Shown here one piece after another: positions 27,843 through 35,685 of a stretch of 35,685 bases of DNA. The stretch is from Candidatus Fervidifonticultor sextus. Its GTDB lineage: Bacteria; Sysuimicrobiota; Sysuimicrobiia; Sysuimicrobiales; Humicultoraceae. The notes below the pieces were generated by a model. The model did no database searches. It was not told the origin of the DNA and worked only from the letters and a program-made list of their open reading frames with translations. The translations under genes were made by a program, and so were the position numbers. Position 1 is the first letter of the stretch; the number at the start of each line of letters is the position of its first letter. The stretch is from positions 127,616 through 163,300 of the forward strand of contig JAVKHQ010000002.1 in assembly GCA_031459875.1 (NCBI GenBank), read 5' to 3'.

Positions 27843-29507
27843 ATGGGACCGCTGCCGTCCGCCCGCGACCGGCTCGAGCGCAAGGAGGCCGAGATCCGGG
27901 CCCTGCGGGACATCAGCCAGGCCATCGGGGCCGCCCTCGACCTGGACGAGACCCTGCACCTCATCACCCGCAAGACGGCCGAGGTCATGGGGATGGATTC
28001 GTGCTCCATCTACCTGTTGGACCCCGCCGGCGAGTCCCTGGTGCTCCGGGCCACGACCGGGCTGGCCCCCGAGTCCATCGGCCGCGCGCGGCTGCGCTTG
28101 GGGGAAGGCCTGACCGGCCATGCCGCGCGCTCCGGCGGGCCGGTCTACAGCAGCGACGCGGCCAGCGACCCGCGGTTCGTCTACGTCCCCGGCACCCGCG
28201 AGTACGCCTTCCGCTCGCTGCTGGCCGTGCCGCTGCGCAGCTCGGGCCGCACGCTGGGGGCGATGAACGTCCAGACGACCGCGGTCCACGAGTACGCGCC
28301 CGACGAGATCGAACTGCTGTCGGTCATCGCCGATCTGGCGGCGGGCGCCATCGAGAAGGCGACGCTCTACGACAACATGCGCCGCCAGATCAACGAACTG
28401 TCCACCCTGGCCGAGGCCAGCAAAACCATCACCTCACCGCTGTACCTGGAAGAGATGCTGCGCCTGATCGTGGAGATGGCATCCGGCATGATGGACGCCC
28501 GGCTGTGCTCGCTGATGCTGCTGGACGAGCAGACGGGCGAACTGGTCCTGACCGCCTCGTACCGGGCCGGCGAGCGCTACCAGGCCCGGCCCACCCTGCG
28601 CGCCGGCGAGGGGATCGTCGGGCTCGTCGCCCAGACCGGCCGGGCGGTCGCCGTCGCCGACGTCCTGGAGGATCCCCGCTTCGTCCACAAGGACATGGCG
28701 CGCGAAGAGGGCCTGCGGGCGCTGCTGGCGGTCCCGCTGGTGGTGCGCGAGCGGATCATCGGCGTGTTCAACTGCTACAAGGACCGGCCGCACCAGTTCA
28801 CCCGCGACGAGATCTCGCTCTTCTCCACCCTGGCCAACCAGACCGCGCTGGCCATCGAGAACAGCTCGCTGGTCGTGCGCTCCGCGGTGGTGCGCGAGAT
28901 GCACCACCGGGTCAAGAACAACCTGCAGACCATCGCCATGCTCCTGCGCCTGCAGCTGCGCGACGGCCGCGAGGTCTCGGGCCGCGAGGTGCTGACGGAG
29001 ACCATCAACCGGATCCTCAGCATCGCCGCGGTGCACGAGATCCTCTCGGTGGAAGGGTTCCGCCTCATCAACGTCCGCGATCTGCTGGAGCGCGTGACCC
29101 AGACCGTCGGCCAGACCATGGCGCGGCCCACGCTGCGCGTCGCGGTCGGCATCGAGGGCGCCGACCTCTACATGCCGTCGCAGCAGGCCACCTCGGTGGC
29201 CCTGGCCGTCACCGAACTGGTGCAGAACGCGATGGAGCACGCCTTCGCCGACCGGTCCGAGGGACACATCCGCATCCTGCTGTCGCAGACCGACCGCGAC
29301 TGGATCATCGAGGTCTGCGACGACGGGGTGGGCCTGCCGTCCGGGGTGGACCCCATGGCCACCGACAACCTGGGCCTCAAGATCGTGCACGCCCTGGCCA
29401 CGGAGGACCTGGGCGGTCGGTTCGAGCTCCAGGCCGGCGGCGCTGGAACCCGCGCGATCCTCACCGTGCCCCGGGCGCGGGAGGCCGCGCCCGGCGTCCC
29501 TTCCTGA
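27843..29507 (+). CDS. Soluble GAF-GAF sensor histidine kinase, HisKA_2 type (EutW/PdtaS-like)
   Basis: Two GAF domains (GEGLTG...DPRF; GEGIVG...DPRF), H-box REMHHRVKNNLQ, ELVQNAMEHAF, DDGVGLP, LGLKIV; no transmembrane segment. Confidence 0.93.
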   Translation: MGPLPSARDRLERKEAEIRALRDISQAIGAALDLDETLHLITRKTAEVMGMDSCSIYLLDPAGESLVLRATTGLAPESIGRARLRLGEGLTGHAARSGGPVYSSDAASDPRFVYVPGTREYAFRSLLAVPLRSSGRTLGAMNVQTTAVHEYAPDEIELLSVIADLAAGAIEKATLYDNMRRQINELSTLAEASKTITSPLYLEEMLRLIVEMASGMMDARLCSLMLLDEQTGELVLTASYRAGERYQARPTLRAGEGIVGLVAQTGRAVAVADVLEDPRFVHKDMAREEGLRALLAVPLVVRERIIGVFNCYKDRPHQFTRDEISLFSTLANQTALAIENSSLVVRSAVVREMHHRVKNNLQTIAMLLRLQLRDGREVSGREVLTETINRILSIAAVHEILSVEGFRLINVRDLLERVTQTVGQTMARPTLRVAVGIEGADLYMPSQQATSVALAVTELVQNAMEHAFADRSEGHIRILLSQTDRDWIIEVCDDGVGLPSGVDPMATDNLGLKIVHALATEDLGGRFELQAGGAGTRAILTVPRAREAAPGVPS

Positions 29508-29514
29508 GCCTCCA

Positions 29515-30081
29515 ATGCCGCCGCTGCGCGTGGTGATCGCCGACGACGAGGCCCTGATCCGCATGGGCCTCAAGACGATGCTGGCCGAGGCCGGCTACCA
29601 GGTCGTCGGCGAGGCCGGGGACGGCCGGCGGGCCCTGGACCTGATCCGCAAGCTCGACCCCGACCTGGTCTTTCTCGACATCAAGATGCCGCCGCCCGAC
29701 GGCCTGGCGGTGGCCGAGCAGGTCATGGCGACCGGCCCCCGTCCCATCGTGCTGCTGACCGCCTACGGGGACCGGGAGTTCGTCGAGCGCGCCAAGCGCC
29801 TGGGCGTCATGGCGTACCTGGTGAAGCCGATCAAAGAAGCCGACCTGGTGCCGACCGTGGAGCTGGCCGTGCGGCACTTCCGGTCCATGGGGACGCTGGA
29901 GGACCGCATCGCGAGCCTGGAGGAGACGCTGGAGGCCCGCAAGCTCATCGAGCGGGCGAAAGGCGTCCTGATGCAGCGCGAAGGTCTCTCCGAGGCCGAG
30001 GCCTTCGCGCGGATCCAGCGCGCCAGCCGCGACCGGCGCCGGCCGATGAAGGAGATCGCCCGGGAGATCCTGGAGGCCTAA
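29515..30081 (+). CDS. REC-ANTAR response regulator (EutV/PdtaR-like RNA-binding antiterminator)
   Basis: IADDE, FLDIKMP, LLTAY, YLVKP receiver motifs; ANTAR RKLIERAKGVLM...SEAEAF...MKEIA. Confidence 0.94.
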   Translation: MPPLRVVIADDEALIRMGLKTMLAEAGYQVVGEAGDGRRALDLIRKLDPDLVFLDIKMPPPDGLAVAEQVMATGPRPIVLLTAYGDREFVERAKRLGVMAYLVKPIKEADLVPTVELAVRHFRSMGTLEDRIASLEETLEARKLIERAKGVLMQREGLSEAEAFARIQRASRDRRRPMKEIAREILEA

Positions 30082-31256
30082 CCCCCCGACCGCCTCCGCC
30101 CGAACGTCACCGTGAGCACCTCGTCCCGCACCTTCGCGCCCCTGGCTTCCAGCCCTGCCAGCGTCCGGGGGAGGGCCACGTTGCGGCGATAGGTGCCGAT
30201 GCGCACGGTCAGGTCGCCGTCGCTCTGGAAGACCTCCACGTCGCCCTTGCTGACGAACGGCACGTGGAGGGTGAGCACGTACTCGTCCTTGCGCTTCTCG
30301 ATCTTCTGCGGCGTCCCGGTGTAGAACCGCACCGTCGGGTCGTCGTCGCCGTAGAGGTCGGCCGCCACCCGGGCGAGCATCCGCAGGCCGGTGGTCTCCC
30401 GCTCGTAGAAGGGCACCCGCCGGATCGGCACCGGCGAGAACCCCTCGTCCACCATGCGCAGGTACTGCTCCTGGGCCTGCCGCCAGGCCGCGAAGTACCC
30501 GGCCCCGGCGCCCTCGGGCAACACCCGGTTGACCACAATGAGGTCGGTGGCGTAGCCGAACAGGTTGAAGTAGGTGAACGCCCGCTGGGCTTCCTTGATG
30601 ACCATCTTCTCCGGATTCAGGACCAGCCGAATCGACGTCCTGGCGACATCCGCCAGGATCTCCTTGATGCCCTCCACGTCCAGGATGAGGTCCCGCGCCG
30701 CCACGAACACCTCATCGGTCGGCAGCGGAATGTCCACCAGCGGCTGGACGACGGGGTGCACGAGGCGCGCCACGCGGCGCTGGATCGGGAAGATCTTGTT
30801 GAGCCACCAGCGGGCCATGTCGGGGAAGCCCAGCAACTGCATCGTCTCGCCGGTGGGCGCGCAGTCGATGACGATCGCATCGTAGCGCCCCCCCTCGACG
30901 TGGAGGCGCAGCTCCATGAGGCTGGCGATCTCCTCCATGCCCGGGAGGTTCGCCAGTTCGTCGGCCACCACGTCCTCCAGCCCCCGCGAGTGGAACAGGG
31001 TGACCATGTAGCGCCTGAGCGTGCCCCAGTACTTCTCCAGCTGGTAAAGGGAGTCCACCTCCTGCGCCCACAGGTGCGGCGCGATGCGGACGACCTCCTG
31101 GCCGACGGGTTTCTCCAGGACGTCACCCAGGCTGTGGGCGACGTCGGTGCTCATCACGAGGGTGCGGTAGCCCCTCTCAGCGGCCCGCAGCGCGGTGGCG
31201 GCGGCCACGGTGGTCTTGCCGACGCCGCCTTTGCCGGTGAACAGGACGACCCGCAT
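30078..31256 (-). CDS. ArsA/Get3-family ATPase, single domain with HSP20-like C-terminus
   Basis: FTGKGGVGKTT, STDVAHSLGD, LPGMEE, IDCAPTGET, VLNPEKMVIKE; beta-rich tail YVLTLHVPFV...LTVRIGTYRRNVALP. Confidence 0.92.
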   Translation of the reverse strand: MRVVLFTGKGGVGKTTVAAATALRAAERGYRTLVMSTDVAHSLGDVLEKPVGQEVVRIAPHLWAQEVDSLYQLEKYWGTLRRYMVTLFHSRGLEDVVADELANLPGMEEIASLMELRLHVEGGRYDAIVIDCAPTGETMQLLGFPDMARWWLNKIFPIQRRVARLVHPVVQPLVDIPLPTDEVFVAARDLILDVEGIKEILADVARTSIRLVLNPEKMVIKEAQRAFTYFNLFGYATDLIVVNRVLPEGAGAGYFAAWRQAQEQYLRMVDEGFSPVPIRRVPFYERETTGLRMLARVAADLYGDDDPTVRFYTGTPQKIEKRKDEYVLTLHVPFVSKGDVEVFQSDGDLTVRIGTYRRNVALPRTLAGLEARGAKVRDEVLTVTFGRRRSGG

Positions 31257-31260
31257 GCGC

Positions 31261-31482
31261 CTACTTCACCCTGACCCGCCTCGGCCGACGCGGGGACGGT
31301 GCGCCCTCGAGCCGGTCGAGCGCCCGATCCACGGTGGACCGGACGGCCAGCAGCAGTTCGCGGCGGGCCGCGGCCAGGTGGTCCCGGACGTCGGAGGGCA
31401 CGGCCTGCTCCACCGCCTCCCAGAACCGGTCTTCCGCCTCCGCCAGCGCCCGGAACGGACGCAGCCGACGCCGTGTGGCCAT
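31261..31482 (-). CDS. Small helical protein upstream of the ArsA-family gene
   Basis: 73 aa, strong GGAGGTG RBS, 4-nt gap to arsA, amphipathic helix HLAAARRELLLAVRSTVDRAL. Confidence 0.8.
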   Translation of the reverse strand: MATRRRLRPFRALAEAEDRFWEAVEQAVPSDVRDHLAAARRELLLAVRSTVDRALDRLEGAPSPRRPRRVRVK

Positions 31483-31597
31483 GATCGACACCTCCCCGGC
31501 GCGAGATGATCCCGTGCGTATGATAGAGTGCAGGCCGGAAAAATGGAACGCCCTGGGATGCCCGGCACGCCCCGCGGAGTCCTGAACTCACCTGAGA

Positions 31598-32422
31598 TCA
31601 GGGCGACGGCCTGATGCTGTGGACCCGCCGCCTCCCCACCAGCGACGCCGCCCCGAACAGCCCCAGCGCCGCCAGCACGATCGCCCCGCCCGCCGGCAGG
31701 TCCAGGTAGAAGGCGGCTACGGTCCCCACCACCACCGCGGCCAGCGAGCAGGCCACCGCGATGAATAGCGCGCTCCTGAAACTGCCTGCCAGCCGCAGCG
31801 CCGTGATGGCGGGGATCACGACCAGGGCGCTGGTCAGCAGGATGCCCACGATGCGCATCGCCACGACCACGGTGACGGCGACGAGCGCGGTCAGCAGCAG
31901 GTTCAGGGCGTCTGCGGGGACGCCCTGCACACGGGCGCCTTCTTCATCGAACGTGATGGCGAAGAACTCCTTGGAGAAGGCGGCCACCGTCCCCAGTACC
32001 ACCAGCCCGAGGCCGAGGATCACCCAGAGGTCCACCGGCTGCACCACGGTGATGGCGCCGAAGAGGTAGGCGAAGAGGTCGACGTTGAACCCGCCGGCCA
32101 GACCGATGAGCACCACGGCCACCGCGAAGCCCCCCGAGAGGAAGACCGCCAGGGCGGCCTCCCCGAACAGCCGGCCCGACGCGCGCAGCCGCTCGATCCC
32201 GACCGCCCCGACCAGCGCCGCGGCCAGCGCGCCGGCGACGGGATAGGTCTGCAGCAGCAGGCCGGCGGCCACCCCGGCCAGCGCCACGTGCGCCAGGGTG
32301 TCGGCGATCAGGCTCAACCGGCGCAGGACCAGGAAGACGCCAATCAGCGGGGCGATGGTGCCGATCATCAACCCGGCGAGCAGCGCCCGCTGCATGAAGC
32401 CGTACTGGAGGATCTCAGGCAT
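31598..32422 (-). CDS. znuB: Zinc ABC transporter permease
   Basis: FMQRALLAG, VLRRLSLIADTLAHVALAG, YLFG, RIVGILLTSALVVIPA. Confidence 0.9.
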   Translation of the reverse strand: MPEILQYGFMQRALLAGLMIGTIAPLIGVFLVLRRLSLIADTLAHVALAGVAAGLLLQTYPVAGALAAALVGAVGIERLRASGRLFGEAALAVFLSGGFAVAVVLIGLAGGFNVDLFAYLFGAITVVQPVDLWVILGLGLVVLGTVAAFSKEFFAITFDEEGARVQGVPADALNLLLTALVAVTVVVAMRIVGILLTSALVVIPAITALRLAGSFRSALFIAVACSLAAVVVGTVAAFYLDLPAGGAIVLAALGLFGAASLVGRRRVHSIRPSP

Positions 32423-32428
32423 CGCGGG

Positions 32429-33220
32429 TCAGTGCCGGTGCGCGACCATCCAGCTCTCGGCCCGGTACATCTGGGCGATCGCGCCGAACCGGATCGCCTC
32501 TTCGGGGCTGCCGTGGTAGGTCAGCGTGCGGTTGAGACACGCCAGTTGCGTGACTTCCTTGGCGATGGCCGCCAGGTCGTGGGAGACCAGGACCAGGGTG
32601 GTGCCCAATTCCCGGTTGAGGCGGCGCAGCAGACTGTAGAACTGCTCCTGGGCGTCCGGGTCTACGCCGACGGTGGGCTCGTCGAGGACCAGCAGGTCGG
32701 GGCGGCTGGCCAGGGCCCGGGCGATGAAGACGCGCTGCTGCTGGCCGGCGGAGAGCTGCCCGATCAACCGATCGCGGGAGGCGGCCATGCCCACGGTCTC
32801 CAGGGCCTCCAGCGCCGCCTCCCGGTCGCGCGCGTCGAAGCGGCGGCCGAGTCCCGCCCGGCCGCACCGGCCGCTCTGCACCACCTCGAAGACGCTGGCC
32901 GGGAAGCGCGACTCGAAGGTCACGGCCTTCTGGGGCACATAGCCGATCCGGTGCCACTCAGCGAAGTCCCGCACATCGACCCCGAAGAGCCGCACGTGGC
33001 CGCACTCGGAACGCGCCAGCCCCAGCATGATCCGCAACAGCGTGGTCTTGCCCGCGCCGTTGGGTCCGATGATCCCCAGGAAGTCGCCACGGCGGATCTG
33101 GAGGCTCACCTGATCGAGCACCAGTTCGCCCCCGTAGCGGAAGCACACGTGCTCCAGCGCGACCAGGGGAGCGTCGCTAGCGGCAGCCGAGGCCTTCGGC
33201 CAGCTGACGGAGGTTCTCAT
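32429..33220 (-). CDS. znuC: Zinc ABC transporter ATP-binding protein
   Basis: GPNGAGKTT, IGYVPQK, LSAGQQQR, LDEPTVGVD, ACLNR, His-containing tail; start uncertain. Confidence 0.9.
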   Translation of the reverse strand: MRTSVSWPKASAAASDAPLVALEHVCFRYGGELVLDQVSLQIRRGDFLGIIGPNGAGKTTLLRIMLGLARSECGHVRLFGVDVRDFAEWHRIGYVPQKAVTFESRFPASVFEVVQSGRCGRAGLGRRFDARDREAALEALETVGMAASRDRLIGQLSAGQQQRVFIARALASRPDLLVLDEPTVGVDPDAQEQFYSLLRRLNRELGTTLVLVSHDLAAIAKEVTQLACLNRTLTYHGSPEEAIRFGAIAQMYRAESWMVAHRH

Positions 33221-34067
33221 GCATCACCGTGACGTACGTCTCGCCCCGCCGCTGCTGGTCGGGGGTCAGCCCTTCCACCGGGTTCAACACGCCGGCGGCG
33301 GCCCCCACCTCGCGGGCGATGGTCTGGGCCACCGTTGGGCTGACCAGGGTTTCGAAGTAGATGACCCGGACGCCGTGCCGGCGGGCCGCTTCCACGACCT
33401 CCTTGAGGCGGGCGGGGGAGGGCTCCACCTCGGGCGAGAGGCCGGCGATCGGGAGCATCGTCAGCCCGTAGCGCCGGGCCAGGTAGCCGAACGCCGCGTG
33501 CGCGGTGATGAAGGTCCTCCGCTCACAGCGGTCCAGCACCTGCGCGTATCGGCGGTGGAGGGCCTGGAGGTCGGCCTTCACGCGCGCGGCGCCGGCCGCG
33601 TAGTCTGACTGATGCGCGGGGTCCGCCCGCACGAACCCCGCCAGGATGTTGTCCACCTGCTGCTGCGCCAGGATCGGGTCGAGCCACACGTGGGGGTCGG
33701 CTCCCACCAGCGGCAGTCCGGCGGTGGCGTTGACCCGGACCACGCGGTCCGGCAGGGACGGCAGCAGGCGCTCCACCCAGCCCTCGAATCCCGCGCCGTT
33801 GTAGACTACCAGTGTGGTTTTCGACAGCGCCGCGACGTCGCGGGCGCTAGGTTCGTAATCGTGGGGCTCGACGCCGGGGGGGACCAGGTTGCGCACCTTG
33901 GCGCGTCGGCCGCCGACCGCGGAGGCGAACTCGTAGAGGGGGTAGAACGAGGCGGCCACTGTCACCGGGTCCGCCGTCCCGGCCCGACCGGACGGCGCGC
34001 CCTCCGGGGAGACTGTGCAGCCGGCGGCGATCAGTGCCGCGAGCATCGCTGCCAGCCGGGGCCTCAT
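33177..34067 (-). CDS. znuA: Zinc ABC transporter substrate-binding lipoprotein (ZnuA/AdcA cluster A-I)
   Basis: Lipobox IAAGC, ASFYPL, EPHDYEP, DPHVWLDP, AHAAFGYLA, LNPVEGL. Confidence 0.9.
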   Translation of the reverse strand: MRPRLAAMLAALIAAGCTVSPEGAPSGRAGTADPVTVAASFYPLYEFASAVGGRRAKVRNLVPPGVEPHDYEPSARDVAALSKTTLVVYNGAGFEGWVERLLPSLPDRVVRVNATAGLPLVGADPHVWLDPILAQQQVDNILAGFVRADPAHQSDYAAGAARVKADLQALHRRYAQVLDRCERRTFITAHAAFGYLARRYGLTMLPIAGLSPEVEPSPARLKEVVEAARRHGVRVIYFETLVSPTVAQTIAREVGAAAGVLNPVEGLTPDQQRRGETYVTVMHENLRQLAEGLGCR

Positions 34068-34468
34068 CGGTCCGCCTCCCGGCACCGAGCACAATAGCCG
34101 AAGACCTCGAGACGGTGCCCGGTGACCGCAAACCCGGAGGGGAGGCCGCCGGAGGCGGCGGGAACCGGGCATTCCTCCAGCGGTTCCCACGCCCCGCAGG
34201 TCAGGCAGACCAGGTGGTCGTGGTGTCGGGCGGCCAGGCCGTAGCGCACCCGTCCGTCCCCGATGTGAACCGACTCGACCACGCCTTCGCGCACAAATGC
34301 CTCCAGTGCCCGGTACACGGTGGCCAGTCCGATGCGGCGCCGGCCGCGCTGGAGCCGGCGGTGGATCTCGTCGGCCGCCAGGTGGCAGGGCGCCGTCTCG
34401 ATGGCCCGCAGCACCGCCCGGCGCTGCCAGGTCGTCCGCGATCGCGCAACGGGAGGACGCGTGGTCAT
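34064..34468 (-). CDS. zur: Fur-family regulator, probably Zur
   Basis: TWQRRAVL, GLATVYRAL, HHDHLVCLTCG, FGYCARC; first gene of the znu operon. Confidence 0.85.
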   Translation of the reverse strand: MTTRPPVARSRTTWQRRAVLRAIETAPCHLAADEIHRRLQRGRRRIGLATVYRALEAFVREGVVESVHIGDGRVRYGLAARHHDHLVCLTCGAWEPLEECPVPAASGGLPSGFAVTGHRLEVFGYCARCREADR

Positions 34469-34488
34469 GGTGATCCAGGCAATCGTAA

Positions 34489-34505
34489 TTGAGAATGATT
34501 CTCAA
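34489..34505. promoter_or_regulatory. Zur/Fur-type operator, perfect 8-1-8 palindrome
   Basis: TTGAGAAT-G-ATTCTCAA just downstream of the predicted transcription start. Confidence 0.85.
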
Positions 34506-34516
34506 ATCGCACGTTG

Positions 34517-34545
34517 ATGTTACCCGTTCCGGGACGGGGTGTCAA
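34517..34545 (-). promoter_or_regulatory. Sigma70 promoter of zur-znuACB
   Basis: TTGACA (34545-34540), 17-bp spacer, TAACAT (34522-34517). Confidence 0.8.
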
Positions 34546-34686
34546 GACGCAGACTCGACTATTACTACTCACCCGCGGCCAAGACTTGGGTAAGGTACTC
34601 GTTCTCCGTTGACACCGGCTATCGGTTTCCGCAGGAATTGGTAGGCCTCCAGGTGCTCCCGGACTAAGCGACGGGGGTGACGCGCA

Positions 34687-35110
34687 GTGGGCCGGAACTT
34701 TTTTGTCGTTCGGAGACTGCTCCTGCTGATCGGTGGAGTCCTCCTGCTCGTGATGGTCGGTCGGCCCGCTTCCGCCCAGCCAAGGGACACCGTTATCGTC
34801 GGACTCATCGGCGAGCCCGACCATATCGTGCCTGGCTTCTCCCGCCTCGCTGCGACGGGATACGTGACGTCGACCCTGTTCGTCGGTCTCGTCGACCTCA
34901 ACGCCGACTGGCAGCTCTTCCCCCGCATCGCCCAGGAAGTCCCGACGCTGGAGAACGGCCAGTGGCGGTTGCTTCCCAACAACGAGATGGAGGTCACTTA
35001 CCGGCTCCGCCCGGGCTTCAAGTGGCACGACGGGACGGCCGTGACCGCCGGCGACGTGGTCTTTGCCTGGGAGGCGCTGCGGGACCCCCGCACGGGCGCC
35101 GCTCAGCCCG
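34687..35110 (+). pseudogene. Family 5 peptide ABC substrate-binding protein, truncated by a mobile element
   Basis: Signal peptide, IAQEVPTLENG, YRLRPGFKWHDGTAVTAGDVVFAWE; similarity stops after about 140 codons; junction approximate. Confidence 0.85.
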
Positions 35111-35606
35111 ACCTCATTAATGAGGTTACCGGGGCTACCGGACCCCCGCGCCGACGTGCCTGGTCTGCGTGGGCAGGCGTCGGATCTCGAACCGCTGGTG
35201 CGGGCGCGGACGCCGCGCAGCCTGGACGGGGCCCCGGTGCGCCAGGCTGTAGATGTGGCGGAGCTTCCGCTCGATCGTGGCAGCAAGCACGAAGGGGTCC
35301 AGGCGAGCGCGGAGGTGCTGCAGCGCCTGGAGGGACGCGTGATCGGTGCCGTCGGCGGCGAGGGAGGTGATCCAGCGGGGTTTGAGGGAGGTCATAGACC
35401 CGGCGGAGCCGCGAGCCCACGCGGATCTTACGCTGCAACTTCACGGAGGGCTGAAACAGGTTCATCATGAGCCGGAGTTCGTGCCGGTAGAGGTCGTTGA
35501 TCGCGGCCAGCGCCTGCGGGGAATCGTAGCGGTCCCAGCCCAGGAGCCGGCGGACATGCGTCCAGTTTTTCTGCTCGATATGGGCATTGTCGTCTTTCTT
35601 GTAGGG
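35111..35606 (-). mobile_element. 3' part of an rve/integrase-core transposase IS (unclassified ISNCY-like), frameshifted and interrupted
   Basis: Minus-strand translation PYKKDDNAHIEQKNWTHVRRLLGWDRYD...NLFQPSVKL...YDLPQTPL, continuing in another frame (LDPFVLAATIERKL) to stop at 35135. Confidence 0.8.
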
Positions 35607-35685
35607 GCTCTTCCGGAAATCGGGTGGGTAGCTGAACCCGGCCGTGCTATGCTCGTGGTCTCACAGGACGAGAGGAGGCCACGAG
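35604..35685 (+). mobile_element. Probable left end of a second IS (IS256-like) inserted in the transposase
   Basis: Transposase similarity stops abruptly; GGGGCTCTTCCGGAAAT terminus, TGCTATGCT extended -10 and GGAGG RBS pointing out of the window. Confidence 0.5.

Noticed and set aside
30078..31256. Arsenic resistance locus
   Set aside because: Single-domain ArsA with HSP20-like tail and no arsB, acr3, arsC, arsR or arsD in the window

Overview
GC-rich bacterial window with no rRNA, tRNA or CRISPR array visible. The left part (1-15.2 kb, minus strand) is a peptide-catabolism-like cluster: an IclR regulator, two complete tandem Opp/Dpp-type ABC transporters, an AroM-family protein and an M29-type aminopeptidase, with a complete IS481-family element sitting at the aroM stop codon. 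The middle part holds a secreted beta-propeller-like protein with an RlmI-like methyltransferase, an operon of Ycf45/SpoIIIAA-like AAA-R3H ATPase, tmk, darA (c-di-AMP receptor) and holB behind a long structured leader, an AidB-like acyl-CoA dehydrogenase, an endonuclease Q, a geranylgeranyl-reductase-family enzyme and a decayed AAA_14/DUF4143 gene. The right part holds a DUF192 / double-GAF histidine kinase / REC-ANTAR operon converging on an ArsA/Get3 ATPase with a small partner protein, a zur-znuACB operon with a clear promoter and palindromic operator, and an ABC binding-protein gene cut by nested IS remnants. Most genes belong to known families. The best leads for something undescribed are the candidate attenuator leader at 21.35-21.51 kb, the DUF192-GAF-kinase-ANTAR module, the ArsA plus small helical partner pair, and the AroM/aminopeptidase/double-ABC cluster. 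All family assignments come from motif recognition by eye, not database searches.
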